Shown: positions 1 to 9,717 of the stretch, piece after piece
Layout: every line of letters starts with the position of its first letter
Position numbering within the stretch: the first letter of the stretch is position 1
Source: a bacterium
GTDB lineage: Bacteria > SAR324 > JACQKK01
Direction of reading: 5' to 3'
Length of the DNA stretch: 64,000 nucleotides
Assembly: GCA_965240465.1 (NCBI GenBank)
Contig: OZ251219.1
Location: 151,046 to 215,045 of the forward strand
Program-made: the position numbers and the translations under genes
Notes under the pieces: generated by a model
What the model was told of the DNA's origin: nothing
The model's database searches: none
Seen by the model: only the letters and a program-made list of their open reading frames with translations

Positions 1-123
1 TCCGGGGGGGTGATTACGTTTCTCGATGGCACACTTGTCCGTATAGCAACGTTCTCCTTTGAGAAATAATTTAGTGCCTTCACGGCGACAGAGACGACAG
101 ACAGGGTCAGTGTAGCGAGACAA
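1..123 (-). CDS. rpsD: 30S ribosomal protein S4, N-terminal 41 codons (partial; continues past the left edge)
   Basis: Reverse-strand translation from TTG (121-123) gives [41 protein letters not shown], the conserved S4 N-terminus with its Cys cluster. It lies directly downstream of rpsK, as in the alpha operon. Not in the ORF track because it is truncated. Confidence 0.85.
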   Translation of the reverse strand, partial: MSRYTDPVCRLCRREGTKLFLKGERCYTDKCAIEKRNHPPG

Positions 124-183
124 GAGAGTTTATATCCTATACAAAGAGGTTGGAGGTAATGGGTTTCTGGTATGAGAAAAAGG

Positions 184-573
184 TTATATGCGACGCATTT
201 TTGGGGACTGGCAACCATTGTGAGGAATGGGGGTTATATCACGAATAAAAGAGACCTTCATACCCTCACTAGCAAGTGCTCTTAAGGCAGCTTCTCTACC
301 TGAGCCAGGGCCTTTGACGTTCACATCTACTTGTTGCATGCCGTGTTCGCGTGCCTTTCTAATGGCATTTTCTGCCGCAGTGCGGGCTGCAAAAGGAGTG
401 CTTTTGCGTGAACCTTTGAACCCATTGGCACCAGTGCTTGACCAGGCAATAACGTTTCCTTTCATATCTGTGAAAGAAACAATGGTATTATTCAGAGTAG
501 CCAAAATATGGCAAATCCCGACTGGAACATTTTTCTTTTCGCGCTTTTTGGTGCTTTTTTTAGATTTATCCAT
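184..573 (-). CDS. rpsK: 30S ribosomal protein S11
   Basis: 129-aa ORF with S11 signatures: [51 protein letters not shown]. Position between rpsM and rpsD. Confidence 0.97.
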   Translation of the reverse strand: MDKSKKSTKKREKKNVPVGICHILATLNNTIVSFTDMKGNVIAWSSTGANGFKGSRKSTPFAARTAAENAIRKAREHGMQQVDVNVKGPGSGREAALRALASEGMKVSFIRDITPIPHNGCQSPKMRRI

Positions 574-699
574 AGTTATTTGGGTGACGCAAGTAATTAA
601 TTATCGGTTAAAATCGTGGTTGTAAAATGATGAGATGTATCATATTTGGATGGTTAATGTTACCGAAACATATCACCATCTACGGTATTATTTGTGCTA

Positions 700-1062
700 C
701 TAGCCTTTCCCTCGTCCTACCGAGCGGCCAGGCCCTTTACGAGTTCTGGCATTTGTTTTGGTTCGCTGTCCTCTAACAGGCAGTCCCCGGCGATGACGTA
801 ACCCCCGATAATTTCCTAAGTCCATCAGGCGTTTGATGTTCATTTGCACTTCGCTACGCAGTTCACCTTCTACTTTGTATTCTTGAATAGCACTTCTTAA
901 TCGGGTAATCTGTCCATCGTCCAGCCGACTGGGGCGGATATTTTCATCTACATTTGCCTTGCTCAAAATTCGGGATGATGCGTGATAGCCAATTCCATAA
1001 ACATAGGTCAGTGCAATAACCATGCGTTTCTCTGGTAAGTCTACACCAACAATTCGTACCAC
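700..1062 (-). CDS. rpsM: 30S ribosomal protein S13 (GTG start)
   Basis: 120-aa [13 protein letters not shown]...YGIG...[27 protein letters not shown], the typical S13 sequence. A GAAAGGGA Shine-Dalgarno lies upstream of the GTG. Confidence 0.97.
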   Translation of the reverse strand: MVRIVGVDLPEKRMVIALTYVYGIGYHASSRILSKANVDENIRPSRLDDGQITRLRSAIQEYKVEGELRSEVQMNIKRLMDLGNYRGLRHRRGLPVRGQRTKTNARTRKGPGRSVGRGKG

Positions 1063-1104
1063 GACAGATCCCTTTCTTCGTTTAGTAGCTTTATCATAAG
1101 TTTT

Positions 1105-1218
1105 TTAACCTTGGCGTTGCTTGTGGCGAGGGTTCTTGCAAATCACCCGCAGTACTCTCTTGCGGCGTACCAACCTGCAGGAAGAACACATCTTCTTTAC
1201 TGAAGACCTTACTTTCAT
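1105..1218 (-). CDS. rpmJ: 50S ribosomal protein L36 (zinc-binding C-x2-C-x12-C-x4-H form)
   Basis: Not in the ORF track (37 aa). The reverse strand reads ATG AAA GTA AGG... = [37 protein letters not shown], a canonical L36. GAAGG Shine-Dalgarno upstream. Located directly upstream of rpsM. Confidence 0.9.
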   Translation of the reverse strand: MKVRSSVKKMCSSCRLVRRKRVLRVICKNPRHKQRQG

Positions 1219-1562
1219 TATTTACCTTCGTCGCTCACCTTTGAATCAATCTCCAGTGATATACATTGCATCAAACATCTTGCATTCTCCACTTGCCCTG
1301 TTTAATGGACGCATGGGAATACCATCAAATCCTAAGCGGGCGACCAACAGAACATTCTCCATATATGGTTTGTGTGTGTCAAGTAATAATTCCGATAATT
1401 GTACGCTTTACCATACAAAATAACGCAACCTCGTGTGTGTCGGTGGTGAAATAGTAGGCTTGTATGCAAGACGATTAGTATTGATACTTGCAAGATGAGC
1501 TGTTTTATATTACCGTGACCTCCTGCAGTAAAACCTGTTGTAGAATTTAAGAAGGTTTCCTG

Positions 1563-2882
1563 ATGTCTATAAATGTTGAAGTACTCACTAAAGGTCAATT
1601 TATGGGTGTTATGCCTTTCTCTGTGTATTGCTTACCCAATGGCATGAGTATTCTGTTGTTGCAAAATGAAATCAGCCCAGTGGTTTCTTCGTTGTTGTAT
1701 TACAAGGTGGGTAGTGCCTACGAAAACGATTCCCAGCGTGGTTTGGCTCATTTTCTTGAACACATGATGTTTAGAGAAACAACATCCCACACTGATAGCA
1801 GTTTTGATCGCAGTGTATCAAGAATGGGAGGAGTAGGCCTGAATGCTTTTACCTCTTGTGATGCCACGGTTTATCTCGTAGAATTACCTACAAACAAATT
1901 ACAAAATTTGCTGGAGCTGGAAGCTGATCGCATGGCGAATTTAAAGCTTGATGAATCTCAAATTGATACAGAAAGAGGTGCCGTACTAGGGGAAATTGAC
2001 ATGTACAATGACATGCCTGTTACCCAGATTTACGACCGTATGATGGAAGAAGCTTTCTATCCGCATGTATACAGGCACCCGGTTATTGGGTATTGCGAAC
2101 AAGTTAGGAATTTTAAGCAAGATGATTTTAAGCGTTTTTACAGAAGGTTTTACTCACCTAATAACGCCTTCTTAGTGATAGCAGGTGGTTTTGAGGAAAA
2201 GCAGGTGATCGAGTGGATATGGTCTTCATTTGCCCACCTGAGTGCCAGCCGACCACAAGAAGAAGCTTTACAAATAGAGCCTCGCACGAAAAGTGATCCT
2301 TGGAAGGAAAATCGCTGGGTTGAATTAAAGAATCCTTCGGTTCAAACCGAAACATTGATCGTGAGCTGGCGTTCTCCCGGTGTTTTAAATGCAGATTATC
2401 CTGCTTTGACTCTGATGGCATCTTGGCTGGGAACGGGGCAGTCTTCGCCCTTATATCAGGAATTAGTGCTAAGCGGCTTGGTAGCCAATTACACCATTAC
2501 TCTACAAGAGCAAGAAATGTTGTGGCTCGACCCAGCTCTAATTATCATGGATGCCAGACTGAGTCCCGGTGTCTCTTCAGAACAGGTGAATGATAAGATT
2601 AACAAACTGCTACAAAAGCTGGTAAAAAACCCTCCCGGATCGGAAGACATGGCTCGTGCTCTTAATCAATTGCGTTTGGAGACGTATGCAGTAATAGGAA
2701 ATAATTACAACATGTCCTGCATGCTGGGGGGAGGTTTCTTAACCCAAGGTGACCCTCTTTATTGGGAAAAACAACTACAGAATATAGAAAAGGTCACTGC
2801 TATTCAGGTACAACAAGTACTGCAAAAGTGGTTGCTGGATTGCCCCCAAATATGTGTTTGTCAACGCCATGTTCAAAAATAA
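1563..2882 (+). CDS. M16-family (pitrilysin/insulinase-like) zinc peptidase, catalytic subunit
   Basis: 439-aa ORF with the inverted zincin motif HFLEHMMF (HxxEH) followed by ...GG.LNAFTS.D.T.Y. The N-terminus LPNGMSILLLQN is typical of the family. Confidence 0.85.
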   Translation: MSINVEVLTKGQFMGVMPFSVYCLPNGMSILLLQNEISPVVSSLLYYKVGSAYENDSQRGLAHFLEHMMFRETTSHTDSSFDRSVSRMGGVGLNAFTSCDATVYLVELPTNKLQNLLELEADRMANLKLDESQIDTERGAVLGEIDMYNDMPVTQIYDRMMEEAFYPHVYRHPVIGYCEQVRNFKQDDFKRFYRRFYSPNNAFLVIAGGFEEKQVIEWIWSSFAHLSASRPQEEALQIEPRTKSDPWKENRWVELKNPSVQTETLIVSWRSPGVLNADYPALTLMASWLGTGQSSPLYQELVLSGLVANYTITLQEQEMLWLDPALIIMDARLSPGVSSEQVNDKINKLLQKLVKNPPGSEDMARALNQLRLETYAVIGNNYNMSCMLGGGFLTQGDPLYWEKQLQNIEKVTAIQVQQVLQKWLLDCPQICVCQRHVQK

Positions 2883-2909
2883 TCTTAAACTACAACAAAT
2901 GTCGTCACT

Positions 2910-4235
2910 ATGAATATCATTCATCAACACGCACTCACTAGTCGCATTAGCCAAATTCAGCTAGTGCTACCACGCACCGGCTATTGCTTAGATCCCAATT
3001 CGCTAGACGGATTGACCCGTGTGACACTACGCATGCTAGAACAAGGTGCCGGAGGTATGGATGCACAAACCTTCAACGCCCAGTTGGAAAAATTAGGTGC
3101 CAACATTGGTCATACGCTCGCCAATGACCATATCAGAGTTTTCCTTAGCGTATTGACAGAAAACATTGAAGTAGCAATAGAAATGTTCGCTAAAGCACTC
3201 TTTCAACCGAATTTTACCCAACAATGTTTGACACAACTGAAACAAGAACTCATAAGCACCTGGATTACCGAACGACAACAATCTAAGCATCTACGAGCGA
3301 TAGAAGTTCTCTTTGTCAACCTCCACAAAGGAGGACCACAAGGAAAATCAGCAGACGGTAACCCTACTGGAATAAATAATATCACTCTGGAAAATGTCCA
3401 AAGCCAGTATAAAAAGATTTTTGTCTCTCCAAAAGCCTTCTTTGCAATTGTTTCTAATCTTCCAAAAAAGCAATTGGAAACCATGCTGGAACCTTTGGAA
3501 AAATTTATTGCTACATCTAAACCTACACCATTTACTCATCCATGGGATGAGTATAACCCACTTACCCCCCCAGGAAGGCGTGTAACCATTGTTCCTGAAG
3601 CAAATACCAACACTGATGAGATCCTCTTATCTCGCTTTGCTGCCAATGAATCCAAAAATGATTGGTACATCCAACAGCTAGCAAATTTCATCCTTGGTGG
3701 AAGTATGTTTTCACGTCTGTTTCATGAAATTCGCGGTAAACGAGGTTATTCCTACGGTGCATCTGCCTCGCAAGACAATCGCAGTGGCAAAACACCCCGA
3801 AACGTAAATGCTCCTATCATTATTTACACCTTCCCCAGTGCCGATAAAACTATAAAGGCTCTACCTCTCGCCCTTAAAATTTATGAAGACTGGGCACAAA
3901 AAGGAATTACTCAAGAAGAACTTGATCTGGCTAGCAAATCCCTCATACAATCCTACCCCTTCCAAAATAATACCCCTCATAAACAACTGGGCTGGCAAAT
4001 AATACAACAATTATATGGAATTCAGATCACTCCTAAAGACAAATACCAGCAACAGCTGGAAGACCTTACCACTAAGGACGTTTTCAAAGCTGTTCAAGCA
4101 GTACACAATACCTCGGACTTGGAAATAGTACTGTTGGGAGACCAAAAAAGATTGAACAAAGTGGTTGATTCCATCCATACCATTACAGAGGTACGTACTG
4201 TAAAATATCCCGAAGAAACAACTATCGCAGCTTAA
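2910..4235 (+). CDS. M16-family peptidase, non-catalytic partner subunit (no HxxEH)
   Basis: 441-aa ORF 27 nt downstream of the first M16 gene. Same two-domain length and the R(G/K)..YSYGA-type motif (IRGKRGYSYGASAS), but it lacks the HxxEH motif. This is the usual paired arrangement. Confidence 0.75.
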   Translation: MNIIHQHALTSRISQIQLVLPRTGYCLDPNSLDGLTRVTLRMLEQGAGGMDAQTFNAQLEKLGANIGHTLANDHIRVFLSVLTENIEVAIEMFAKALFQPNFTQQCLTQLKQELISTWITERQQSKHLRAIEVLFVNLHKGGPQGKSADGNPTGINNITLENVQSQYKKIFVSPKAFFAIVSNLPKKQLETMLEPLEKFIATSKPTPFTHPWDEYNPLTPPGRRVTIVPEANTNTDEILLSRFAANESKNDWYIQQLANFILGGSMFSRLFHEIRGKRGYSYGASASQDNRSGKTPRNVNAPIIIYTFPSADKTIKALPLALKIYEDWAQKGITQEELDLASKSLIQSYPFQNNTPHKQLGWQIIQQLYGIQITPKDKYQQQLEDLTTKDVFKAVQAVHNTSDLEIVLLGDQKRLNKVVDSIHTITEVRTVKYPEETTIAA

Positions 4236-4271
4236 TTCCTACCTACAGGATTAAGCACTCCCTGCTGTGGG

Positions 4272-6122
4272 TTAGGTTATCTTGCTACAGAGTTTTTGCA
4301 GTTGCTGATGTCTGGTGTGTGAAATCTGGAAATCGGTTTTGATCTCAATCATTTCAATGCCCTTGTTCCGAGTCGTTTCAACGATGATGCGAGAAAGTTC
4401 CGCTAGGCTTGTTGGTTGATAATAGTCAATATCATGGGCTTGGGCTAGTTTTTGAAATTGAGTGTGGTGTGGGGCTAGAAATAATGATTTAAACTGGGGA
4501 TGGTGCTTAATAGGCAGAGTATAAAAAATACCACCACCATTGTTATTTATGAGAATAATTTTAAGGGGGATTTTTGTTTGTTGATTCATGCAGAGTACAT
4601 TACTGTCATGGAGAAGTGCTGTATCACCGATGAGTAAGAAGGAAGACTTAGCATTATGTTTTGCTGCTCCAAGAGCGGTGGAGATAGTGCCATCAATGCC
4701 ATTGGTGCCTCTATTGGATAGGTGTGTAATGGGAGGAGCATTTTGAGGCCAGTATTGTGAGAGGTATCTAAGGCAAAGACTGCTGGCAGTAAAAATAAGG
4801 GAGTGTTGAGGTATCAGGGACGCAAGCTGGATGATTAATTGACCTTCAAACCAGCTGTGTTGGGGAGGTTGGGGCAGATAAGAATTTTGCTGGAGATTTT
4901 GGTTGATGATTTGCTGAATATCCTGTTTAGCAGAAGAGAAAATAGAGAGCCACTGGGGATCTCTATGAGATTTATTGATGGAGTTAATGGACTGGAGGAG
5001 TTGTTTGATAGTAAGAGTTGGCTCCGCGTGCAGATGTTGAGAGTGAGGATGATGATGATGATCGTTCCAGCGACCTTGGGGATCTATTATTGTTTGAGGT
5101 GTATCTGGCTGTGACAGTAGGCTATCTAGTTCAGCGTCCACGGGCATAGCCCCAAAGCGAAGGATATATTGTGGGGGCATAGCCTGTTGTACAGCTTTGG
5201 TTTGAAGTGTAGCACTGGGGTGTGGAATAAGGTTGGGATGGGTACCATTTTGCCAAATACCGCTTGAAGGTTCTGCAAAAATTGGCCATCCCAGCTGGTA
5301 AGCCAGCGAGGTAATGCTCTGTGCAAATGATTTGAGGGGAAAGGTAGTATCCAGGGTGGAGATAGGAGAATGAGGACCACCAACTATTATGCCTCTGGGG
5401 ATATTGGATATAGTTTCCGCAAGGGATGAGAAAACTTTAAACGATAGTTTAGGGATGGCTGGATTAGCAGAAACTTGCAGTGGGACGGAATAATCTTGTT
5501 GTAACAGTTGAGCAGCTATTTTTATTACCGAGGACGGTAATTTTTCAGCAGTCGTTGATGGTTCAAGTGGTTTTGGGAAAGGGAAGTTGATGTGAACAGG
5601 CCCTTGCGGAATACAAAGAGCTTTTTTAAGAAGTTTGGGTGCAAGACTAAATAGAGCAAGCAATGCTGAGGCAGTCATGCGAGGCTCACCTGGGTTAACG
5701 TGCCAGTGGTCGTAAGAGGCAAACATGCCATCTTGATGGGTGGTTTGATTAGCTCCACAGTGATGCAGTTGTGGTGGTCTGTCGGCTGAAATTACAATGA
5801 GAGGAATACAAGAGTTATGAGCTTCAACGATCGCAGGTAAGAAATTGGCAGGTGCTGTTCCGGACGTACAGAGTACTGCTACTGGTTTGTGGCTACTTTT
5901 TGCTATTCCCATGGCAAAGAATGCCGCAGAGCGTTCATCAATTATAAGATGAGTCCTTAAGCTAGTGTGAGCCGCACATGCCAAGGATATTGGTGCTGAA
6001 CGAGAACCTGGACTAATACAAATATCGCGTATACCCGAAAGGCTTAGGGCATGAACAAATATAGATGCCCATAAAGTATTGGCGTTGGCTAAATAATCGT
6101 GGTCACGAAAGGCGGTGAACAT
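4272..6122 (-). CDS. menD: 2-succinyl-5-enolpyruvyl-6-hydroxy-3-cyclohexene-1-carboxylate (SEPHCHC) synthase
   Basis: 616-aa ORF. ThDP-enzyme motifs: ISPGSRSAP, CTSGTAPANFLPAIVEAH...PLIVISADRPP, GIDGTISTALGAA, GDTALLHDSN...NNNGGGIF. Adjacent to menF. Confidence 0.9.
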   Translation of the reverse strand: MFTAFRDHDYLANANTLWASIFVHALSLSGIRDICISPGSRSAPISLACAAHTSLRTHLIIDERSAAFFAMGIAKSSHKPVAVLCTSGTAPANFLPAIVEAHNSCIPLIVISADRPPQLHHCGANQTTHQDGMFASYDHWHVNPGEPRMTASALLALFSLAPKLLKKALCIPQGPVHINFPFPKPLEPSTTAEKLPSSVIKIAAQLLQQDYSVPLQVSANPAIPKLSFKVFSSLAETISNIPRGIIVGGPHSPISTLDTTFPLKSFAQSITSLAYQLGWPIFAEPSSGIWQNGTHPNLIPHPSATLQTKAVQQAMPPQYILRFGAMPVDAELDSLLSQPDTPQTIIDPQGRWNDHHHHPHSQHLHAEPTLTIKQLLQSINSINKSHRDPQWLSIFSSAKQDIQQIINQNLQQNSYLPQPPQHSWFEGQLIIQLASLIPQHSLIFTASSLCLRYLSQYWPQNAPPITHLSNRGTNGIDGTISTALGAAKHNAKSSFLLIGDTALLHDSNVLCMNQQTKIPLKIILINNNGGGIFYTLPIKHHPQFKSLFLAPHHTQFQKLAQAHDIDYYQPTSLAELSRIIVETTRNKGIEMIEIKTDFQISHTRHQQLQKLCSKIT

Positions 6123-6178
6123 GTAAAGAAGAGGTTTTTGGAGTGAAAATTTTTTGGATAAATTGTCAATAAATATGG

Positions 6179-7627
6179 TTATAGGGAAGGATTTATAGCT
6201 GATATCATGGGTTGGAGTTTCAATTGTAGCTCATGCCACTCATCCTGAGGTTTGGAGGCTTCCAAGATGCCTGCTCCTACAAATAAGTAGGCTTGATTAG
6301 GTCTCAGTAACCCGCAACGCAGGGCAACCGCAAACTCACCATGCCGAGGACCTTGTAGCCATCCAATCGGAGAAGCAAACCAACCCCGCTCAAATTGCTC
6401 TAATTCTGCAATGGCTTGTAATGCCTGTTCACGAGGATATCCTCCCACTGCAGGGGTGGGATGCAATTTGCCGAGTAAAGTCAATGGAGATATGTCACCA
6501 CGTGGAAAAAAAACAATCGGGGTGTGCAAATGCTGAACATTAGCAAGTTGCATCAAGCAAGGCTCGGTAGAAAAACTAACCTCACCATAAGAAGATAACA
6601 AACCGGTTATTTCATCCACTACCACACGGTGCTCTTCCCTATCTTTAGCACTGTGGAAAAGACGTTGGGCGTACTGATTGTCATCAGCAGGATCACTACC
6701 TCTGGAGGCTGTTCCTGCCAGAGCACTCAAGCATGCTTTGTTTCCCTCAAAAGAAATCAACCTCTCAGGTGAAGCCCCTACAAATATTCCATTCCCAGAC
6801 TCAGCCCCAGTCTTAGACTCGGGCACAATGCAAAAACAATAGCAGTCTGGGTACTGCTTTCGTAATCGGGCACTAACTTGATAGGCATCCGTGCACACGG
6901 AATAGTACATTACTTGTGTCAAGACTGCCTTATGTAAATCGCTTGATGCCATCTTATGCTGCAAGGCTTTTACCATCATATTCCAAGCATGCGATTGTTT
7001 CTCTTTACTCAATGCTTCCAGTTCACCAGTATTTTTCCACTCCACCTGAGACACTTCACTCTGGAACACAGAACTGAGCATTCTTAAACCCTCTTCCAGC
7101 CGGTTATGTACGACATTTGATTCATCCATGGTTTCTACCCAAGACTGCACCATGCCCCACAACTTGTTACCACGACGCACCAAAGCTACTTTTGGTAAAA
7201 TCATCCGAGCTACTCCAAACTCAGACCATAAATCATCTGTAACCTCAGAGAAAAAAGAAAATCCACCCACTAGTAACGGATACTCCACTGCCCCCTGAAA
7301 ACCAGAACCGCATACTGCTTCTTGCTGTAATCTCTCAACCTGAGTTGCCAATTTCTCAAAACGCTCATCCCCTTTAGAGCTCAACACATGGCTACTTCCG
7401 CCTGTAGCTAAGCCCTCGTTCACACTTGGGTGTTCCCAGTAAAAAGAATTTCCCTCTAAATCTTGCAAAATCCGAGCACAATTTAATATATCAACCCCTT
7501 GAAATTGCGATAGATCTATCATCTGTACTACAGCACAACCCCTTCCTAATCTAACTGCCTGTGCTAACCCTCGTTCACATAATCCGCCTAGATCAGGAAC
7601 ACGAATTTGTACCATATCACACCACAC
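6179..7627 (-). CDS. menF: isochorismate synthase (menaquinone-specific)
   Basis: 482-aa ORF with the chorismate-binding C-terminal motifs SPERL, GTASRG, LHPTPAVGGYP, ERGWFASPIGW and AGILEAS.P..EW.E. Immediately upstream of menD. The true start may be the ATG at 7615. Confidence 0.85.
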   Translation of the reverse strand: MWCDMVQIRVPDLGGLCERGLAQAVRLGRGCAVVQMIDLSQFQGVDILNCARILQDLEGNSFYWEHPSVNEGLATGGSSHVLSSKGDERFEKLATQVERLQQEAVCGSGFQGAVEYPLLVGGFSFFSEVTDDLWSEFGVARMILPKVALVRRGNKLWGMVQSWVETMDESNVVHNRLEEGLRMLSSVFQSEVSQVEWKNTGELEALSKEKQSHAWNMMVKALQHKMASSDLHKAVLTQVMYYSVCTDAYQVSARLRKQYPDCYCFCIVPESKTGAESGNGIFVGASPERLISFEGNKACLSALAGTASRGSDPADDNQYAQRLFHSAKDREEHRVVVDEITGLLSSYGEVSFSTEPCLMQLANVQHLHTPIVFFPRGDISPLTLLGKLHPTPAVGGYPREQALQAIAELEQFERGWFASPIGWLQGPRHGEFAVALRCGLLRPNQAYLFVGAGILEASKPQDEWHELQLKLQPMISAINPSL

Positions 7628-7917
7628 CTAGAGCTAAACTCTCTAACTAACCTACCCATTAACTTGTAATACATACTGCCTAATCACTATTATCATTAGT
7701 CAGTTAACCACGAATTTATTCATATCGTCTCATTAATTTTTAGCAAAACCCCGATTACAAAACCATCATGCCTCTATTAAATATGAGAATCTCATTCTGT
7801 TACAAACACCCCTCGCTGTAAAAGGCATGATAAACTACTTCTTGTTAGCATTCTAATAAGATTTGATAAAACCAACCCAGCACTACAATAACCACCACCA
7901 CCCAACCCCCGCCCGCT

Positions 7918-8721
7918 ATGAATACTGCTTATAAAGATATTTACTACCAAGTCCAAGCAGGAGTATCTACAGTGACCATCAATCGCCCAGAAGTGCTCAA
8001 TGCCTTCCGTCCTCAAACGGTGGATGAAATACTGGAAGCATTCCAACAAGCATGGGATGATGAATCAGTCGGAGTGGTAGTGCTGACAGGAGCTGGTGGT
8101 AATTTCTGCAGTGGTGGAGATCAAAAACTTCGCGGGGACAGCGGCTATTTAGATAAATCTCAGAACCGCAACCGACTCCAAGTTCGTCATCTTCATAGAA
8201 TGATAAGAGATATTCCCAAGCCTGTAATTGCGATGGTTGATGGCTGGTGCGTCGGGGGTGGTCATGTGTTGCATATTCTATGCGACTTAACTATTGCTTC
8301 TGAGCGTGCGAAGTTTGGTCAAACTGGTCCCAAAGTAGGAAGCTTTGATGCTGGATTTGGCACCATACAATTGGCACGCATTGTAGGAGAAAAAAAAGCC
8401 CGCGAAATATGGTTTCTCTGTGAATCCTACAACGCTGAAGAAGCACTCTTGATGGGGCTAGTCAATAAAGTTGTACCCCTTGAAGAATTGACTTCCACCA
8501 CCAAGCAATGGTGCGAAAAAATATTGTCTCGCAGTCCAACCGCATTAAGGTTTTTGAAAGCATCCTTCAATGCCGATACCGATCATGTCTATGGTCTGCA
8601 AAACATAGCCCACGGAGCGGTGCACTTATTTTACGGTAGCGAAGAAAGTAAAGAAGGGCGCCAAGCTTGGAAAGAAAAACGAACTCCTGATTTTTCATCA
8701 TTTAGAAGAATGCCTTGGTAA
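7918..8721 (+). CDS. menB: 1,4-dihydroxy-2-naphthoyl-CoA synthase
   Basis: 267-aa crotonase-fold ORF: [79 protein letters not shown]-terminal [11 protein letters not shown]. Confidence 0.95.
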   Translation: MNTAYKDIYYQVQAGVSTVTINRPEVLNAFRPQTVDEILEAFQQAWDDESVGVVVLTGAGGNFCSGGDQKLRGDSGYLDKSQNRNRLQVRHLHRMIRDIPKPVIAMVDGWCVGGGHVLHILCDLTIASERAKFGQTGPKVGSFDAGFGTIQLARIVGEKKAREIWFLCESYNAEEALLMGLVNKVVPLEELTSTTKQWCEKILSRSPTALRFLKASFNADTDHVYGLQNIAHGAVHLFYGSEESKEGRQAWKEKRTPDFSSFRRMPW

Positions 8722-8738
8722 CCTCCAAGCCAAATATT

Positions 8739-9623
8739 TTAGAGAGCAAAAAATACCTGCTTCCCTTGCACCCGAAATGAATTTATTCTTTTCTTGCCAT
8801 TGGGAGAATAGAGCCAATCCAACCAACGCCCGGCTAATGATGTTTGCAAATGCCGATGTTTGTTGGGGTTGACAATGATAGCACTATAAGTGTTTTTGGG
8901 TCCTGATTTTGGCGGGAAAAATTGGCGAAGCTGTTGCTTATTCTTAAAAGCATGCCAAGTAGCAATATCCGATAGGGTATAAGCATTGAGTACCGCAGCA
9001 GTATTGAGAGTTGAGCCCATGCTGCTTCCTGTTTCCAAGTACCACCGAGACACATATTGCCAAGGAGCTAAATGGCGAACATTCCAGAGGTATTTTTCCA
9101 TTTGGTGTGTGCCGCTTTTATCTCCTCGTGAGAGGAAGATAGATTTTGATTGCTGTATTCTCTGAAAAGCATCAGAGAAATGTTTTGGAGAATCAGTCAG
9201 GAATACCATTTGTACTTGAGCAGGATCCGCTTTCGGCCCCACCAAAACAAAATGATTGTAAAACACCGGCCGGCGTTTAACTCCCCATCCTTGAGAAATA
9301 AATTGCTTTTCTCGTGGAGGATCATGGACAAGAAGTGCATCAACATCGCCTTTTTTAGCTAAAGTAAACGCCGCACCACTGCCGACCACAACCATCCGCA
9401 CATTGATTCCTGTTTGCTGTTCAAAAGAAACCTTTAGCCATGGCAATAAGCCCGAATTATCAGTAGTAGTAGTAGCTGCAATTTTTAATGACTCCGCAGA
9501 TACTGGAGTAATTACAAGGCATAGGCAAACAAACACCGCCCAGACTAGAACTCGTCTTAATTTAAGAAATAGCAACGCAAATACGACGTCTGAAAGGTAT
9601 CTAAAAGCATCAACAATCACCAT
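8739..9623 (-). CDS. periplasmic substrate-binding protein, tungstate/molybdate (TupA/PBP-like_2) type; orphan
   Basis: ORF 8739..9683; the likely start is ATG 9623, preceding a signal peptide. LKIAATTTTDNSGLL...VVVGSGAAFTLAKKGDVDALLVHDP..E..F...G.G..R.PVFYNHFVLVGPKADPA matches the TupA-type 'TTTS..DSGL' binding-protein pattern. No permease or ATPase gene is adjacent. Confidence 0.55.
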   Translation of the reverse strand: MVIVDAFRYLSDVVFALLFLKLRRVLVWAVFVCLCLVITPVSAESLKIAATTTTDNSGLLPWLKVSFEQQTGINVRMVVVGSGAAFTLAKKGDVDALLVHDPPREKQFISQGWGVKRRPVFYNHFVLVGPKADPAQVQMVFLTDSPKHFSDAFQRIQQSKSIFLSRGDKSGTHQMEKYLWNVRHLAPWQYVSRWYLETGSSMGSTLNTAAVLNAYTLSDIATWHAFKNKQQLRQFFPPKSGPKNTYSAIIVNPNKHRHLQTSLAGRWLDWLYSPNGKKRINSFRVQGKQVFFAL

Positions 9624-9717
9624 CTTTTCCCGCCGGGAAACTACAGCAACATAATAAGATAAACCCCAATGACTACCAATCAAATATAGCCTAAAGATGT
9701 ATTAAAACGCCTCTACT

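Noticed and set aside
1251-1400. A possible infA (IF-1) gene upstream of rpmJ.
   Set aside because: There is no intact ORF of the right length. The best frame needs gaps and has an 'insertion' relative to IF-1, with only scattered matching residues. It is kept only as a low-interest remnant hypothesis.
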